Virus record (IMG/VR): IMGVR_UViG_3300046318_000439
Span: 32,001 to 96,000 of that record
Origin: a virus
Lineage: Duplodnaviria > Caudoviricetes
Direction: 5' to 3' (one strand)
DNA length: 64,000 bases
Below the pieces are notes generated by a model. That model had not been told where the DNA came from, searched no databases, and worked only from the letters and a program-made list of their open reading frames with translations. Shown one piece after another: positions 50,543-58,231 of the stretch (positions are counted from its first letter, which is position 1; each line of letters begins with the position of its first letter). The translations under genes were made by a program, and so were the position numbers.

Positions 50543-50571
50543 ATTATCACGTATTTCTCACAAAAAGGCAA
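50543..50571 (-). promoter_or_regulatory. Early sigma70-type promoter
   Basis: TTGCCT-17-GATAAT. Confidence 0.75.
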
Positions 50572-50756
50572 CAGGCTAGAAAAGCGCGTAGTTACGTACC
50601 CTATTAACCTCTTTCAAAATAACGTCGCATTCCTCTGGTTTTAAGTCCCCGGATTTTTTCTGTTTTTCCACCTCACCAACAAGCGCCATCAGCAGCTTAG
50701 GCCGGTTTTTTAGTACATGGACGCTCGCAATAAAAAGGTCGCGACTTCTGCTCATA

Positions 50757-50969
50757 TTATAAGTTATCCTTCACATGCTGTATTATAAGAGCGGCTTCAA
50801 GCATATCGCTCTTAGCCACATAATTCTCGACTTCGTCAATAATAGATGAATATATCAGAGCATGGAGCTCAATCATCTCCTCTTCAGACAATCTCTCTAG
50901 TAAACGCTCACTCACCCATTTCTTAAGAGGGATCCCTTTGTAATGTGTAGGAGTTCTTTCTTCCATCAT
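50757..50969 (-). CDS. Hypothetical protein
   Basis: ORF track; coupled junction. Confidence 0.6.
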   Translation of the reverse strand: MMEERTPTHYKGIPLKKWVSERLLERLSEEEMIELHALIYSSIIDEVENYVAKSDMLEAALIIQHVKDNL

Positions 50970-51202
50970 TCACCTTTCGGTAACGTGTTGTGATTATCAT
51001 TATATAGACCCATTGCCTCTGCATCACGAGACATCATTTCTAATACAATACGTCCTGCTGTTAGTTGATAGAATCTTCTCAGATCCGTTTCATTGCCAAT
51101 CACTACATGCCAGTTATTTGCTTTGTCAAGAGAAACAACAAACCCTGCTTCCTTAGCAATCTGCAACAACCCCTCTGTAGTCTCAAACCTTTTGTCTGTC
51201 AT
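50966..51202 (-). CDS. Hypothetical protein
   Basis: ORF track; coupled junction. Confidence 0.6.
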   Translation of the reverse strand: MTDKRFETTEGLLQIAKEAGFVVSLDKANNWHVVIGNETDLRRFYQLTAGRIVLEMMSRDAEAMGLYNDNHNTLPKGE

Positions 51203-51384
51203 TACATCATCTCCATGTCTACTACCTGCTTGGCTACGTGGTAATGCTTTGAAGAAACAACTCCCAATGTGTCCTCAATCATTTGATAGGCAGACAACCA
51301 ATTCTTATATGGGCCTGCAACATACTCATATTGATCACTCTTTGAGAATGACTTCACCACATAGTACAATTCAATCTTCTTCAT
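51202..51384 (-). CDS. Hypothetical protein
   Basis: ORF track; downstream of an early promoter. Confidence 0.6.
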   Translation of the reverse strand: MKKIELYYVVKSFSKSDQYEYVAGPYKNWLSAYQMIEDTLGVVSSKHYHVAKQVVDMEMM

Positions 51385-51420
51385 AATATAAACTCCAGTG
51401 GATTATTACCGACGTTTCCT

Positions 51421-51449
51421 ATAATACAGGAAAACGCAATATTAGGCAA
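51421..51449 (-). promoter_or_regulatory. Early sigma70-type promoter
   Basis: TTGCCT-17-TATTAT. Confidence 0.65.
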
Positions 51450-51617
51450 CCGCCCCGTAAAAAAATTTCAATGGCGCGTGAATGTTGAATTCCGGATTGC
51501 ATTTTTGTCTGGGTCCCCCCGCAAAAAAATTTCAGATGGGGAAGGGATTGGACTTCGTTGTATATACGCGTCCGGCGTGTTCTGATCCCGAAATAAAAAA
51601 TACCCCCCTATGCCTTC

Positions 51618-51962
51618 TCAGACACCGAGTCCCATCCCAGCAAAACAGAAGTCATTCGCCTTTTTCAGCATCCTGTCCTTATTCATCGCTGTTTCGATTG
51701 AATTGATGATTGCATCCTTCGTTGGCTTGTTCCCACCACCAGACTCCACTAAGGCAATACAATACTGTCTGAACTGTTCCATGCCCATATCACTATACGC
51801 TTGATAAAGAGAACGTAAACCATCTTCACCAATAGTGTCGTTCTTTAATCTGCTCTTACTGCTAGACTGTGTATCATACATGCTTACATACTCCTCTATA
51901 CTTGAACCCTGGACATGTGCACTTATTATCATGCACGTAATATACATCGCCCTTAGAACCAA
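51618..51962 (-). CDS. Hypothetical protein (true start probably near MYDTQ)
   Basis: ORF track. Confidence 0.55.
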   Translation of the reverse strand: MVLRAMYITCMIISAHVQGSSIEEYVSMYDTQSSSKSRLKNDTIGEDGLRSLYQAYSDMGMEQFRQYCIALVESGGGNKPTKDAIINSIETAMNKDRMLKKANDFCFAGMGLGV

Positions 51963-52167
51963 TCACCTTTTTATCGTACTCTACTTCTTCTAGGATTTCT
52001 GCCTTATTAAACTTACGGCCACGAATATCGAATCTGATCGGCTGTTTGAAAGTAGTCTCTTCACCATTAGAAGCCTTGATATACCCATAACACTTTGATA
52101 AATCAGCGGATAGCTTATACGTGTGATTTGGCCACTCCCAATCAGTCACCTCTACTGCTAATATCAT
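51874..52167 (-). CDS. SWIM-type zinc finger protein
   Basis: GSKGDVYYV...CTCPGFKYRGVCKH (CxCxnCxH). Confidence 0.8.
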   Translation of the reverse strand: MILAVEVTDWEWPNHTYKLSADLSKCYGYIKASNGEETTFKQPIRFDIRGRKFNKAEILEEVEYDKKVIGSKGDVYYVHDNKCTCPGFKYRGVCKHV

Positions 52168-52361
52168 GACGCGAAAATATCCTTGCTTAGAATTTCGTCT
52201 TCTACCAACTGATTACATGCATTCAATGTCATCTGAAAAATCATGTAAGCATTCGCCTTTTCTTGAGCAGGTAATCTTTCGATTTGTTCAGCAATCACCT
52301 CTAATGTTGGTGTCACAAAAAGGTTTGACCTTGGGATTGGATTTTCAACTGTGTTATACAT
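52164..52361 (-). CDS. Hypothetical protein
   Basis: ORF track; coupled junctions. Confidence 0.6.
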   Translation of the reverse strand: MYNTVENPIPRSNLFVTPTLEVIAEQIERLPAQEKANAYMIFQMTLNACNQLVEDEILSKDIFAS

Positions 52362-52573
52362 TATACTAACTCCTCTTCTTCACAAGTAGCTACTACCTCT
52401 AAACTATCACCAGCTTGCATGAAACTAGCAAAGTCTCTCATCGCGAACATTAGATTGTTATCATAATCATCAGAACCTTCTAAACCTAAATCATATGAAC
52501 CAATCACACAACCTGTACTACCCTTCATAATCAATTTCATTTTCATTCCCTTTTCTTCACTTGATGTAATCAT
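52361..52573 (-). CDS. Hypothetical protein (start likely later, MKMKLIM)
   Basis: ORF track; the annotated start lies within the promoter -10 box. Confidence 0.55.
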   Translation of the reverse strand: MITSSEEKGMKMKLIMKGSTGCVIGSYDLGLEGSDDYDNNLMFAMRDFASFMQAGDSLEVVATCEEEELV

Positions 52574-52600
52574 TGTCCCTTTTTATCACAAAAAGGTCAA
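52572..52600 (-). promoter_or_regulatory. Early sigma70-type promoter
   Basis: TTGACC-17-GACAAT. Confidence 0.8.
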
Positions 52601-52603
52601 CTG

Positions 52604-52837
52604 TTAATCCCAACTTTTCTTACCACCGAATTCTTCGTTCCAATCGTAACCAGCTAGGTAAGCATCACGCTCTTCATCAGTTAATTCAGTAATCGCTTCT
52701 GTATCATAACTACCACCAACGTAGTAATGTGGCTTACGAGGACGGTCATACCAACTATCAGCTGAACCACGGTCAAACGGGCCACCATGACGGTTATCGT
52801 ATAACACACCTTTGTATAACGTTACATTATCAATCAT
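52604..52837 (-). CDS. Conserved phage hypothetical protein
   Basis: RHGGPFDRGSADSWY...AYLAGY; RBS AAAGGG. Confidence 0.7.
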   Translation of the reverse strand: MIDNVTLYKGVLYDNRHGGPFDRGSADSWYDRPRKPHYYVGGSYDTEAITELTDEERDAYLAGYDWNEEFGGKKSWD

Positions 52838-52866
52838 CTTATTCCCTTTCTTTAACTTATGAATCT

Positions 52867-52895
52867 ATTATCCGGGTTTATGACAAAAAGGTCAA
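52867..52895 (-). promoter_or_regulatory. Early sigma70-type promoter
   Basis: TTGACC-17-GATAAT. Confidence 0.8.
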
Positions 52896-52921
52896 CAGGG
52901 CAGATCCTATCGATTATACAG

Positions 52922-52960
52922 GAAAAAAAGAACCCCGGTCCAACGAAGGTACCGGGGTGT
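52922..52960 (-). terminator. Rho-independent terminator after the tRNA region
   Basis: ACCCCGGT-ACCTTCGTTGG-ACCGGGGT followed by TCTTTTTTT. Confidence 0.8.
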
Positions 52961-53142
52961 GAAGGCCTTGTTTTTTAACAAGACTAGGGGAAAGGTGGTG
53001 GTAATGTGATGTATTGCAACATCCTCTTGACTGCTGCTACAGTCTTTCAGCCTAGCGTCAAGGCATCCTACTTGGCATCACCATATTGAAGCACACGGGC
53101 CTCTGATCAGACTTATAACGCCTAAGCCGATGTGCTTCAATA

Positions 53143-53219
53143 TGGTAACCTGTACGGGATTCGAACCTGTGAATGCCACCGTGAAAGGGTGGTGACTTAA
53201 GCCACTTGTCGAACAGGTT
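53143..53219 (-). tRNA. tRNA-Glu (anticodon TTC) with encoded CCA
   Basis: AACCTGT/ACAGGTT acceptor stem, CCACC-CTTTCAC-GGTGG anticodon arm, GGTTCGAATCC T loop. Confidence 0.93.
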
Positions 53220-53390
53220 ATATTACCATATTGAAGTACACTATCTCTACTTAAAGTTTATCGCTAGCGACACACAATGTACTTCAATATGTGCTCGTTT
53301 GCGAATCATCCCGATTGGCTTAGAGCTTTGCAGTCATCACCTGCATGTCTTTACGCTTCCCAGCGATAGACTACGATGTACGAATGAATC

Positions 53391-53531
53391 TTACGAGGCC
53401 AACTCGCCTTTAAAGTAAACACGAACCGTGCCTGGAGCTGACGGACTAACTAAAACTGCTTCAGTCGTCTCACAGTAAGTGTCACGCTCTGTTGCAAATA
53501 ACACGAATGATGCGATTGCTGCTGATTCCAT
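53391..53531 (-). CDS. Small hypothetical protein (46 aa), not in the track
   Basis: MESAAIASFVLF...KGELAS*; GGAGA RBS; follows a promoter. Confidence 0.5.
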   Translation of the reverse strand: MESAAIASFVLFATERDTYCETTEAVLVSPSAPGTVRVYFKGELAS

Positions 53532-53553
53532 ATTCTTTCTCCTTAACAAAACC

Positions 53554-53582
53554 ATTATCTAACATTTAAACGAATAAGTCAA
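53554..53582 (-). promoter_or_regulatory. Early sigma70-type promoter
   Basis: TTGACT-17-GATAAT. Confidence 0.75.
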
Positions 53583-53736
53583 CACTCTCGAGTTCAGAAG
53601 AACGAATCTCCAACAACTCCTTATTCGCATCTTCAATTGCTTCAGGAGAATCCAAATACTCCTGATACTCCAACTCAGCACAGTATGCCTCGTAACCAGC
53701 TGTGTCTTCAATTTGAATATCGTCGAATGAGTCCAT
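53566..53736 (-). CDS. Small acidic hypothetical protein (56 aa), not in the track
   Basis: MDSFDDIQIEDTAGYEAYCAELEYQEY...; AAAGGG RBS; follows a promoter. Confidence 0.6.
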   Translation of the reverse strand: MDSFDDIQIEDTAGYEAYCAELEYQEYLDSPEAIEDANKELLEIRSSELESVDLFV

Positions 53737-53765
53737 TTTGTTTCCCTTTCAATTTAATATAATTC

Positions 53766-53794
53766 ATTATCCCGAAAAAGTACAAAAAGGTCAA
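53766..53794 (-). promoter_or_regulatory. Early sigma70-type promoter
   Basis: TTGACC-17-GATAAT. Confidence 0.8.
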
Positions 53795-54060
53795 CTGCTC
53801 AAATTCATCACACGACCTGGATATTCCATGAAGTCAACTCTCCAAGGAACGAACACTGTCTGACCAACACGACTATGTTTACCTTTTGGTTGCTCTTCAC
53901 CACCATACACATCTTTAGTCACGGTAATCTTATATGACTGAAAGTACTCTTCATTGCAGTTTACAATCTCAACAATACCTTCTACGAAACAATCACCACG
54001 ACCGTCCATTGGTTTGAAGTCGTAAGATCTGATTTTATCGCCTTTTTTCACTTGTAACAT
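53791..54060 (-). CDS. Hypothetical protein
   Basis: ORF track; AAAGGG RBS. Confidence 0.65.
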   Translation of the reverse strand: MLQVKKGDKIRSYDFKPMDGRGDCFVEGIVEIVNCNEEYFQSYKITVTKDVYGGEEQPKGKHSRVGQTVFVPWRVDFMEYPGRVMNLSS

Positions 54061-54090
54061 TTTGTTTCCCTTTCTTCACTGTATGGATAC

Positions 54091-54119
54091 AGTATCCCGG
54101 AAAAAGGACAAAAGGTCAA
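54091..54119 (-). promoter_or_regulatory. Early sigma70-type promoter
   Basis: TTGACC-17-GATACT. Confidence 0.8.
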
Positions 54120-54141
54120 CAGGGCCAAAAGGCCCTATTAA

Positions 54142-54414
54142 TCAACGATTTACATTCAAGCTTGGCTCACGTTGCTCGATCATATCGCGCTCATGGTCGC
54201 GAGCTTCACGTTGAGTTTTGAATTCTGCTAACAAAACTGTGTAGAAACTCTTGAACCCATCGCGTGCAATTGCTCTAGATAGTGGCGTATGTGTTCTATC
54301 CCCACATTTCGCGTGGGATTTATGACGAGCCATACGAGCTTTGAGATCTCCAGTCATGCCGATGTACGATTGACGTGGGTTCTTTGAGTTAATTAATTGA
54401 TAAACAGCGTACAT
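54142..54414 (-). CDS. Stand-alone GIY-YIG nuclease domain protein (90 aa)
   Basis: VYQLIN......YIGMT.DL..R...H, E..A...E..MI....PSLN. Confidence 0.8.
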   Translation of the reverse strand: MYAVYQLINSKNPRQSYIGMTGDLKARMARHKSHAKCGDRTHTPLSRAIARDGFKSFYTVLLAEFKTQREARDHERDMIEQREPSLNVNR

Positions 54415-54878
54415 TATACAGCCTCCTTAGCAGTTTGTGTTGCTAAAAAGTTCTTAGCATTGTGAAAATACGTCGTTGCACCAGCTTTTGACATACTCAA
54501 TTCAGTCATAATCGCTTCGATGGCCACAGATTTGTCTGTAGTACCGAGTTTCTGCACGATTTCATACGCTTTTGCTTGCTTAGTACCGGCCTTAGCGCCA
54601 CGTAATACGCGCGTTGAACTAACTTTCATACCTACTGCTTCGATTTTCATGCTCATTTTGCTTCCTTTTTCACGTTTAATTGGTGTTACTACTGTTAACT
54701 CTTTGTCTTTAGTGGGTTTTTTCTTCTTATCAGCTGGATAACCAGGATATGTTGAAGTCATGTCACGTGTATTGTCCATCAACCACTCGTTATAATGCTT
54801 CAATCTATCTGTTAACTCTTGCTGATGAGGGTCACTATTACGGACTACCACTTCATCTTTCACTCTATTCTTCTTCAT
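54414..54878 (-). CDS. Hypothetical basic protein, C-terminal HTH-like segment
   Basis: AIEAIMTELSMSKAGATTYFHN; start uncertain. Confidence 0.5.
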   Translation of the reverse strand: MKKNRVKDEVVVRNSDPHQQELTDRLKHYNEWLMDNTRDMTSTYPGYPADKKKKPTKDKELTVVTPIKREKGSKMSMKIEAVGMKVSSTRVLRGAKAGTKQAKAYEIVQKLGTTDKSVAIEAIMTELSMSKAGATTYFHNAKNFLATQTAKEAV

Positions 54879-55428
54879 ATATTCCTTTCATGGCAGCGTC
54901 ATAAGCTTCGAGTTGTTCTACTTCCTCTCTGGTTTCTAATATCTCACTAATACCCCACAGCTCATCCATGTACTCCGGAACATCCTCGCCAATCTCATAA
55001 CAGTCATCATCACCATTATTCCACTGGCCTACGAAATTCATTCCAGGCTCGAAGTAATCGAGTACTACTGAATCAAAACCATGGCCGCCCAGCTTCTCAA
55101 TTAAAGCTATCGGTGGACTCCATGCTGTATCGAATGAAGCTATGATGTAGCCAGGGCCTTCCTCTTGAATGACACCACCACTGATGTCCCACTTCGTTCC
55201 CCACTCAGCCACACTGAATGAGTACCAGTCTGCATATCCATACTTCTCAATCAAGGCCTCCGCCTTCGGAGCATCTTGTGGTCGTGTAGGGGAAGTAGTA
55301 TCTCTCAACTCGCCTGGCATAGAGAAGAATGCATCACACAGCCTGTCATTCTCGATAGCAGTCTTCGCACGTTCCACTAACCCTTGAGGGCCTTCTAGTC
55401 TCAAATAGTTATTGCACCAGTTAGGCAT
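54865..55428 (-). CDS. DUF1281/YubB-like ferredoxin-fold protein
   Basis: MPNWCNNYL, WY.F....WGTKWD, FDTAWSPP, YFEPGM.F.G. Confidence 0.8.
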   Translation of the reverse strand: MPNWCNNYLRLEGPQGLVERAKTAIENDRLCDAFFSMPGELRDTTSPTRPQDAPKAEALIEKYGYADWYSFSVAEWGTKWDISGGVIQEEGPGYIIASFDTAWSPPIALIEKLGGHGFDSVVLDYFEPGMNFVGQWNNGDDDCYEIGEDVPEYMDELWGISEILETREEVEQLEAYDAAMKGIYEEE

Positions 55429-55732
55429 CAGCTGTCTCCTCGAATGAATCTACAATAGCATCCAACACTTCTTGTACTCTCTCAGATTCTGCTGTGTACA
55501 TTACATACTCACCATACTGCTTCACAAACTCTGAATCGATATACTCAAAGCCACCATAGTAATCTAAACTACGACGACGGTCAGCTGGAATAATAATACA
55601 TTCATAGTTGTACCAGAATAGACCAATTGCTCTCTTATCCAAACCAGTCGTTCTTGGTTCACCCTGCTTACAGTTCTTGTCGATAAAATCTTCAACAACC
55701 GTATTCACTTTATCATCTAAATCCATAATCAT
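55421..55732 (-). CDS. Hypothetical protein
   Basis: ORF track; follows a promoter. Confidence 0.65.
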   Translation of the reverse strand: MIMDLDDKVNTVVEDFIDKNCKQGEPRTTGLDKRAIGLFWYNYECIIIPADRRRSLDYYGGFEYIDSEFVKQYGEYVMYTAESERVQEVLDAIVDSFEETADA

Positions 55733-55761
55733 AATAATTCCCTTTCTTCACTTTATAAACC

Positions 55762-55790
55762 ATTGTCCCTTATTTTGACAAAAAGGTCAA
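55762..55790 (-). promoter_or_regulatory. Early sigma70-type promoter
   Basis: TTGACC-17-GACAAT. Confidence 0.8.
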
Positions 55791-56011
55791 CTGGCCTCAA
55801 ACAGCTCGTCAATTGCAGCTCTATTGAACGGAAACTCACGACGACGTTCAATCTCAGACTCTAATAGTGTCAAATATACTTCATCCGTCACTGACTTAGA
55901 TTGTAGTTCAGAATACAACTGATATGTTCTCACCAAATACTCATCTGACAAGTCAGTAGGATGTTTAGTCATACCAGATTCGAATCTTTCTTGAATAACT
56001 GCTTTACTCAT
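55787..56011 (-). CDS. Hypothetical protein (start MSKAV at 56011)
   Basis: ORF track; overlaps the stop of the upstream small ORF. Confidence 0.6.
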   Translation of the reverse strand: MSKAVIQERFESGMTKHPTDLSDEYLVRTYQLYSELQSKSVTDEVYLTLLESEIERRREFPFNRAAIDELFEAS

Positions 56012-56177
56012 CATCAAACACCTCTTCAAATTCGTTCATAATCAACATATCTTCAATCATATCAAAAGTCATATAACCAAGACAGGCCAACAACATTGTA
56101 CGAGCATCAATCATTCCTACATCTACCAACTCAATCGCTCTATCACGAGGATTGATATTCACTTCTGTATAACTCAT
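56004..56177 (-). CDS. Small hypothetical protein (57 aa), not in the track
   Basis: MSYTEVNINPRDRAIELVD...EEVFDDE*; AAAGGG RBS; follows a promoter. Confidence 0.65.
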   Translation of the reverse strand: MSYTEVNINPRDRAIELVDVGMIDARTMLLACLGYMTFDMIEDMLIMNEFEEVFDDE

Positions 56178-56204
56178 TTTCACCCTTTCTTCAACTTATG
56201 AACC

Positions 56205-56233
56205 ATTGTCCCATAAAAAGGTCAAAAGGTCAA
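56205..56233 (-). promoter_or_regulatory. Early sigma70-type promoter
   Basis: TTGACC-17-GACAAT. Confidence 0.8.
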
Positions 56234-56527
56234 CTAGAATGAAAACCGCGAGTAGTAGCGGATTGGAGTGCGTTCTAAATGCGAGCTTTTGTATTTCAGC
56301 TCTTTTCCGAACTTTTGCTGATATGCCTGCATAAACGTAGCAGCATCACAATCTTCTTCCAAATAGACAGTATCACCCTTCATATATGAGTATGGTGTGA
56401 TTCTCTCCAACACGTCCAAGAAGACGAGCTCAGATCTCTTAACAGCCAACCAACCATGGCCAGGGTCACAGTGGAAGATATATTGTTTCTTACTCATACG
56501 ATACTTGTAGTTATAGACAAATTTCAT
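56234..56527 (-). CDS. Conserved phage hypothetical protein
   Basis: FHCDPGHGWLAV...SY..GD.VYLEEDCDA..F. Confidence 0.75.
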   Translation of the reverse strand: MKFVYNYKYRMSKKQYIFHCDPGHGWLAVKRSELVFLDVLERITPYSYMKGDTVYLEEDCDAATFMQAYQQKFGKELKYKSSHLERTPIRYYSRFSF

Positions 56528-56712
56528 GACTCCTCCACATCAGCAAAGAATTCACGACCAACTTGCATGAATCTCATATAAGCTGAGATTTCATGTGGTT
56601 CGAAATCACCTAGATTATCACCCATGTACTGTACCGTCTCTAATACACCTTCGCCATGGTCTTTAGCTAATTGCTGGATGATCTCACATGCTCTAGCGAT
56701 ATCCATACTCAT
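56524..56712 (-). CDS. Hypothetical protein
   Basis: ORF track; coupled junctions. Confidence 0.6.
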   Translation of the reverse strand: MSMDIARACEIIQQLAKDHGEGVLETVQYMGDNLGDFEPHEISAYMRFMQVGREFFADVEES

Positions 56713-56927
56713 ACTACCTCCAAATTCATCATTTTAAAGTATCCATCATTACCAGGAAGCAAACAACCACTCAACTTCTTACCGTCCTGATCTGTAATCT
56801 CTTGAACCAACAACCAGGGAATTGTATCACCAGCAGCATTCAAGTCCAAGTTAATATTAGTCACCTTACCAGTAAGAGTACCAGCTTTAGCAACCCACTT
56901 TAATGTATTACCGATTTCAATCTTCAT
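56709..56927 (-). CDS. Hypothetical protein
   Basis: ORF track; AAGGGG RBS. Confidence 0.65.
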   Translation of the reverse strand: MKIEIGNTLKWVAKAGTLTGKVTNINLDLNAAGDTIPWLLVQEITDQDGKKLSGCLLPGNDGYFKMMNLEVV

Positions 56928-56939
56928 CTTTACCCCTTA

Positions 56940-57107
56940 TTAGTAATTCGTAATCACATTTTCAATCAATTCAGCAATCAGATCTGAATTATACTCATAA
57001 GACTCAAAGTAAGACTGAATGTCAGCTTTTACAGTATCCAAATCCAACTCCATCTCATTACATAAAATCTGCAACTTCTTTTCATCAACATTAATTGTAA
57101 TATTCAT
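56940..57107 (-). CDS. Small hypothetical protein (55 aa), not in the track
   Basis: MNITINVDEKKLQILCNEMELD...ITNY*; AAGGGG RBS; follows a promoter. Confidence 0.6.
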   Translation of the reverse strand: MNITINVDEKKLQILCNEMELDLDTVKADIQSYFESYEYNSDLIAELIENVITNY

Positions 57108-57136
57108 CTTTACCCCTTTTGTATTAATATATGACC

Positions 57137-57165
57137 AGTATCCGTTTTTTTAACAAAAAGGTCAA
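57137..57165 (-). promoter_or_regulatory. Early sigma70-type promoter
   Basis: TTGACC-17-GATACT. Confidence 0.8.
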
Positions 57166-57198
57166 CAGGCCTACAAACACCAGCAAGATCCGGAGGGG

Positions 57199-57227
57199 TT
57201 GACTTAATTACGTTTTTCTGGGAAAAT
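57199..57227 (+). promoter_or_regulatory. Divergent sigma70-type promoter
   Basis: TTGACT-17-GAAAAT. Confidence 0.55.
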
Positions 57228-57282
57228 GGTTTTAATGATTCGAACAGCATACTCTGGGGATGGACGTGGAGATATGGTTTAT

Positions 57283-57290
57283 TATAAATA
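57283..57290 (+). promoter_or_regulatory. Late promoter TATAAATA for the HNH gene
   Basis: Exact match followed by a CAGGAGG RBS. Confidence 0.7.
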
Positions 57291-57307
57291 CCACAGGAGG
57301 ATGCAAA

Positions 57308-57796
57308 ATGAATGATAATGAACTGTATGAATTGTTCCATAGTAAGTACCGATATGAAGATGGTCAATTGATATCCAAACTAACTGGACAAGCAATCAAA
57401 AACAAAGCAACACGATATTTAAAATGTGAGCTTAAAATTAATGGTAAGACACACAACTTCAGAGTGCATAGAGTTATATTTCTGATGCATCATGGATATC
57501 TACCAACAATCGTCGATCACATCGACCGCGACATATACAATAACCGGATAGAGAATTTAAGAGCAGCTAGTCACAGTCAGAATAGCCAGAATCGCGGTGC
57601 GCAGTCAAACAACAAACTAGGTGTGAAGGGCGTATGTTTGAACACATCAAATAATGCCAAAAGCAAACCATACGCGGCCTTCATAAAAGCCAACGGCAAA
57701 AGATATCGAATCGGCTCTTTTGAAACCATCGAAGAGGCCTCTCGCGCTTATAACGACCATGCATCGTTGCATTTTGGTGAATTCAAGTCCAGTTGA
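57308..57796 (+). mobile_element. HNH homing endonuclease with C-terminal AP2-like DNA-binding domain
   Basis: VHRVIF.MHHG..P..VDHIDRDIYNNRIENLR..SHSQN..N, GVKGV, IGSFETIEEA..AY; likely start 57308. Confidence 0.88.
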
Positions 57797-57821
57797 CCTT
57801 TTTGTCCTTTTCCCGGATAAT
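57793..57821 (+). promoter_or_regulatory. Early sigma70-type promoter, plus strand
   Basis: TTGACC-17-GATAAT. Confidence 0.75.
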
Positions 57822-57920
57822 GATTACATAGATTTGAAGAGCTAACTCTCGGAATGGACGTGGAGGGTGGCCAACGATTCCTGGGTGCGCGAAAATTGGA
57901 GTCGGCTCTCCCACATTAAC

Positions 57921-57949
57921 AGTATCCCGGAAAATGGTCAAGAGGTCAA
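57921..57949 (-). promoter_or_regulatory. Early sigma70-type promoter, convergent with 57793
   Basis: TTGACC-17-GATACT. Confidence 0.75.
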
Positions 57950-57987
57950 CGGATATGCTTACATCTCAGTCAAGTATTATTCAGCTG

Positions 57988-58016
57988 TTGACATTTTTTT
58001 CATAAACACGGATACT
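57988..58016 (+). promoter_or_regulatory. Early sigma70-type promoter, plus strand
   Basis: TTGACA-17-GATACT. Confidence 0.75.
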
Positions 58017-58033
58017 GTATAGAGTGACGTATT

Positions 58034-58231
58034 GTGCGTCTAATATTACATTATATGATTATATCGAGAAAACAAGCAATATTAGAATTAATAGAATATG
58101 ACATTAATGATATTAAATCTCTCAAGAAAAAGGAGATGTTATCATTAATCTCTGACCTATTATCAGACAGGTATTATGAATATACTAATGAAACCCTGTC
58201 CGATGAATATGTGGAGAAGATTATAGGATAA
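58034..58231 (+). CDS. Hypothetical protein
   Basis: ORF track; downstream of the promoter at 57988. Confidence 0.55.
   Translation: MRLILHYMIISRKQAILELIEYDINDIKSLKKKEMLSLISDLLSDRYYEYTNETLSDEYVEKIIG

Noticed and set aside
51482-51804. Plus-strand ORFs 51482-51706 and 51610-51804
   Set aside because: Opposite to the local transcription direction, no RBS, and overlapping a better minus-strand gene and repeats.
53020-53070. SRP (4.5S) RNA, suggested by GAAA and AGCAGC
   Set aside because: It lacks the exact CAGG-N3-GNAA-N3-AGCAG symmetric loop geometry; kept only as an unclassified ncRNA candidate.
53206-53418. 70-aa plus-strand ORF over the tRNA 5' flank
   Set aside because: Antisense to the tRNA and hairpins, with no start signals.
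57110-57367. 85-aa minus-strand ORF
   Set aside because: It overlaps promoters on both strands and the HNH leader; the supported gene starts at 57107.
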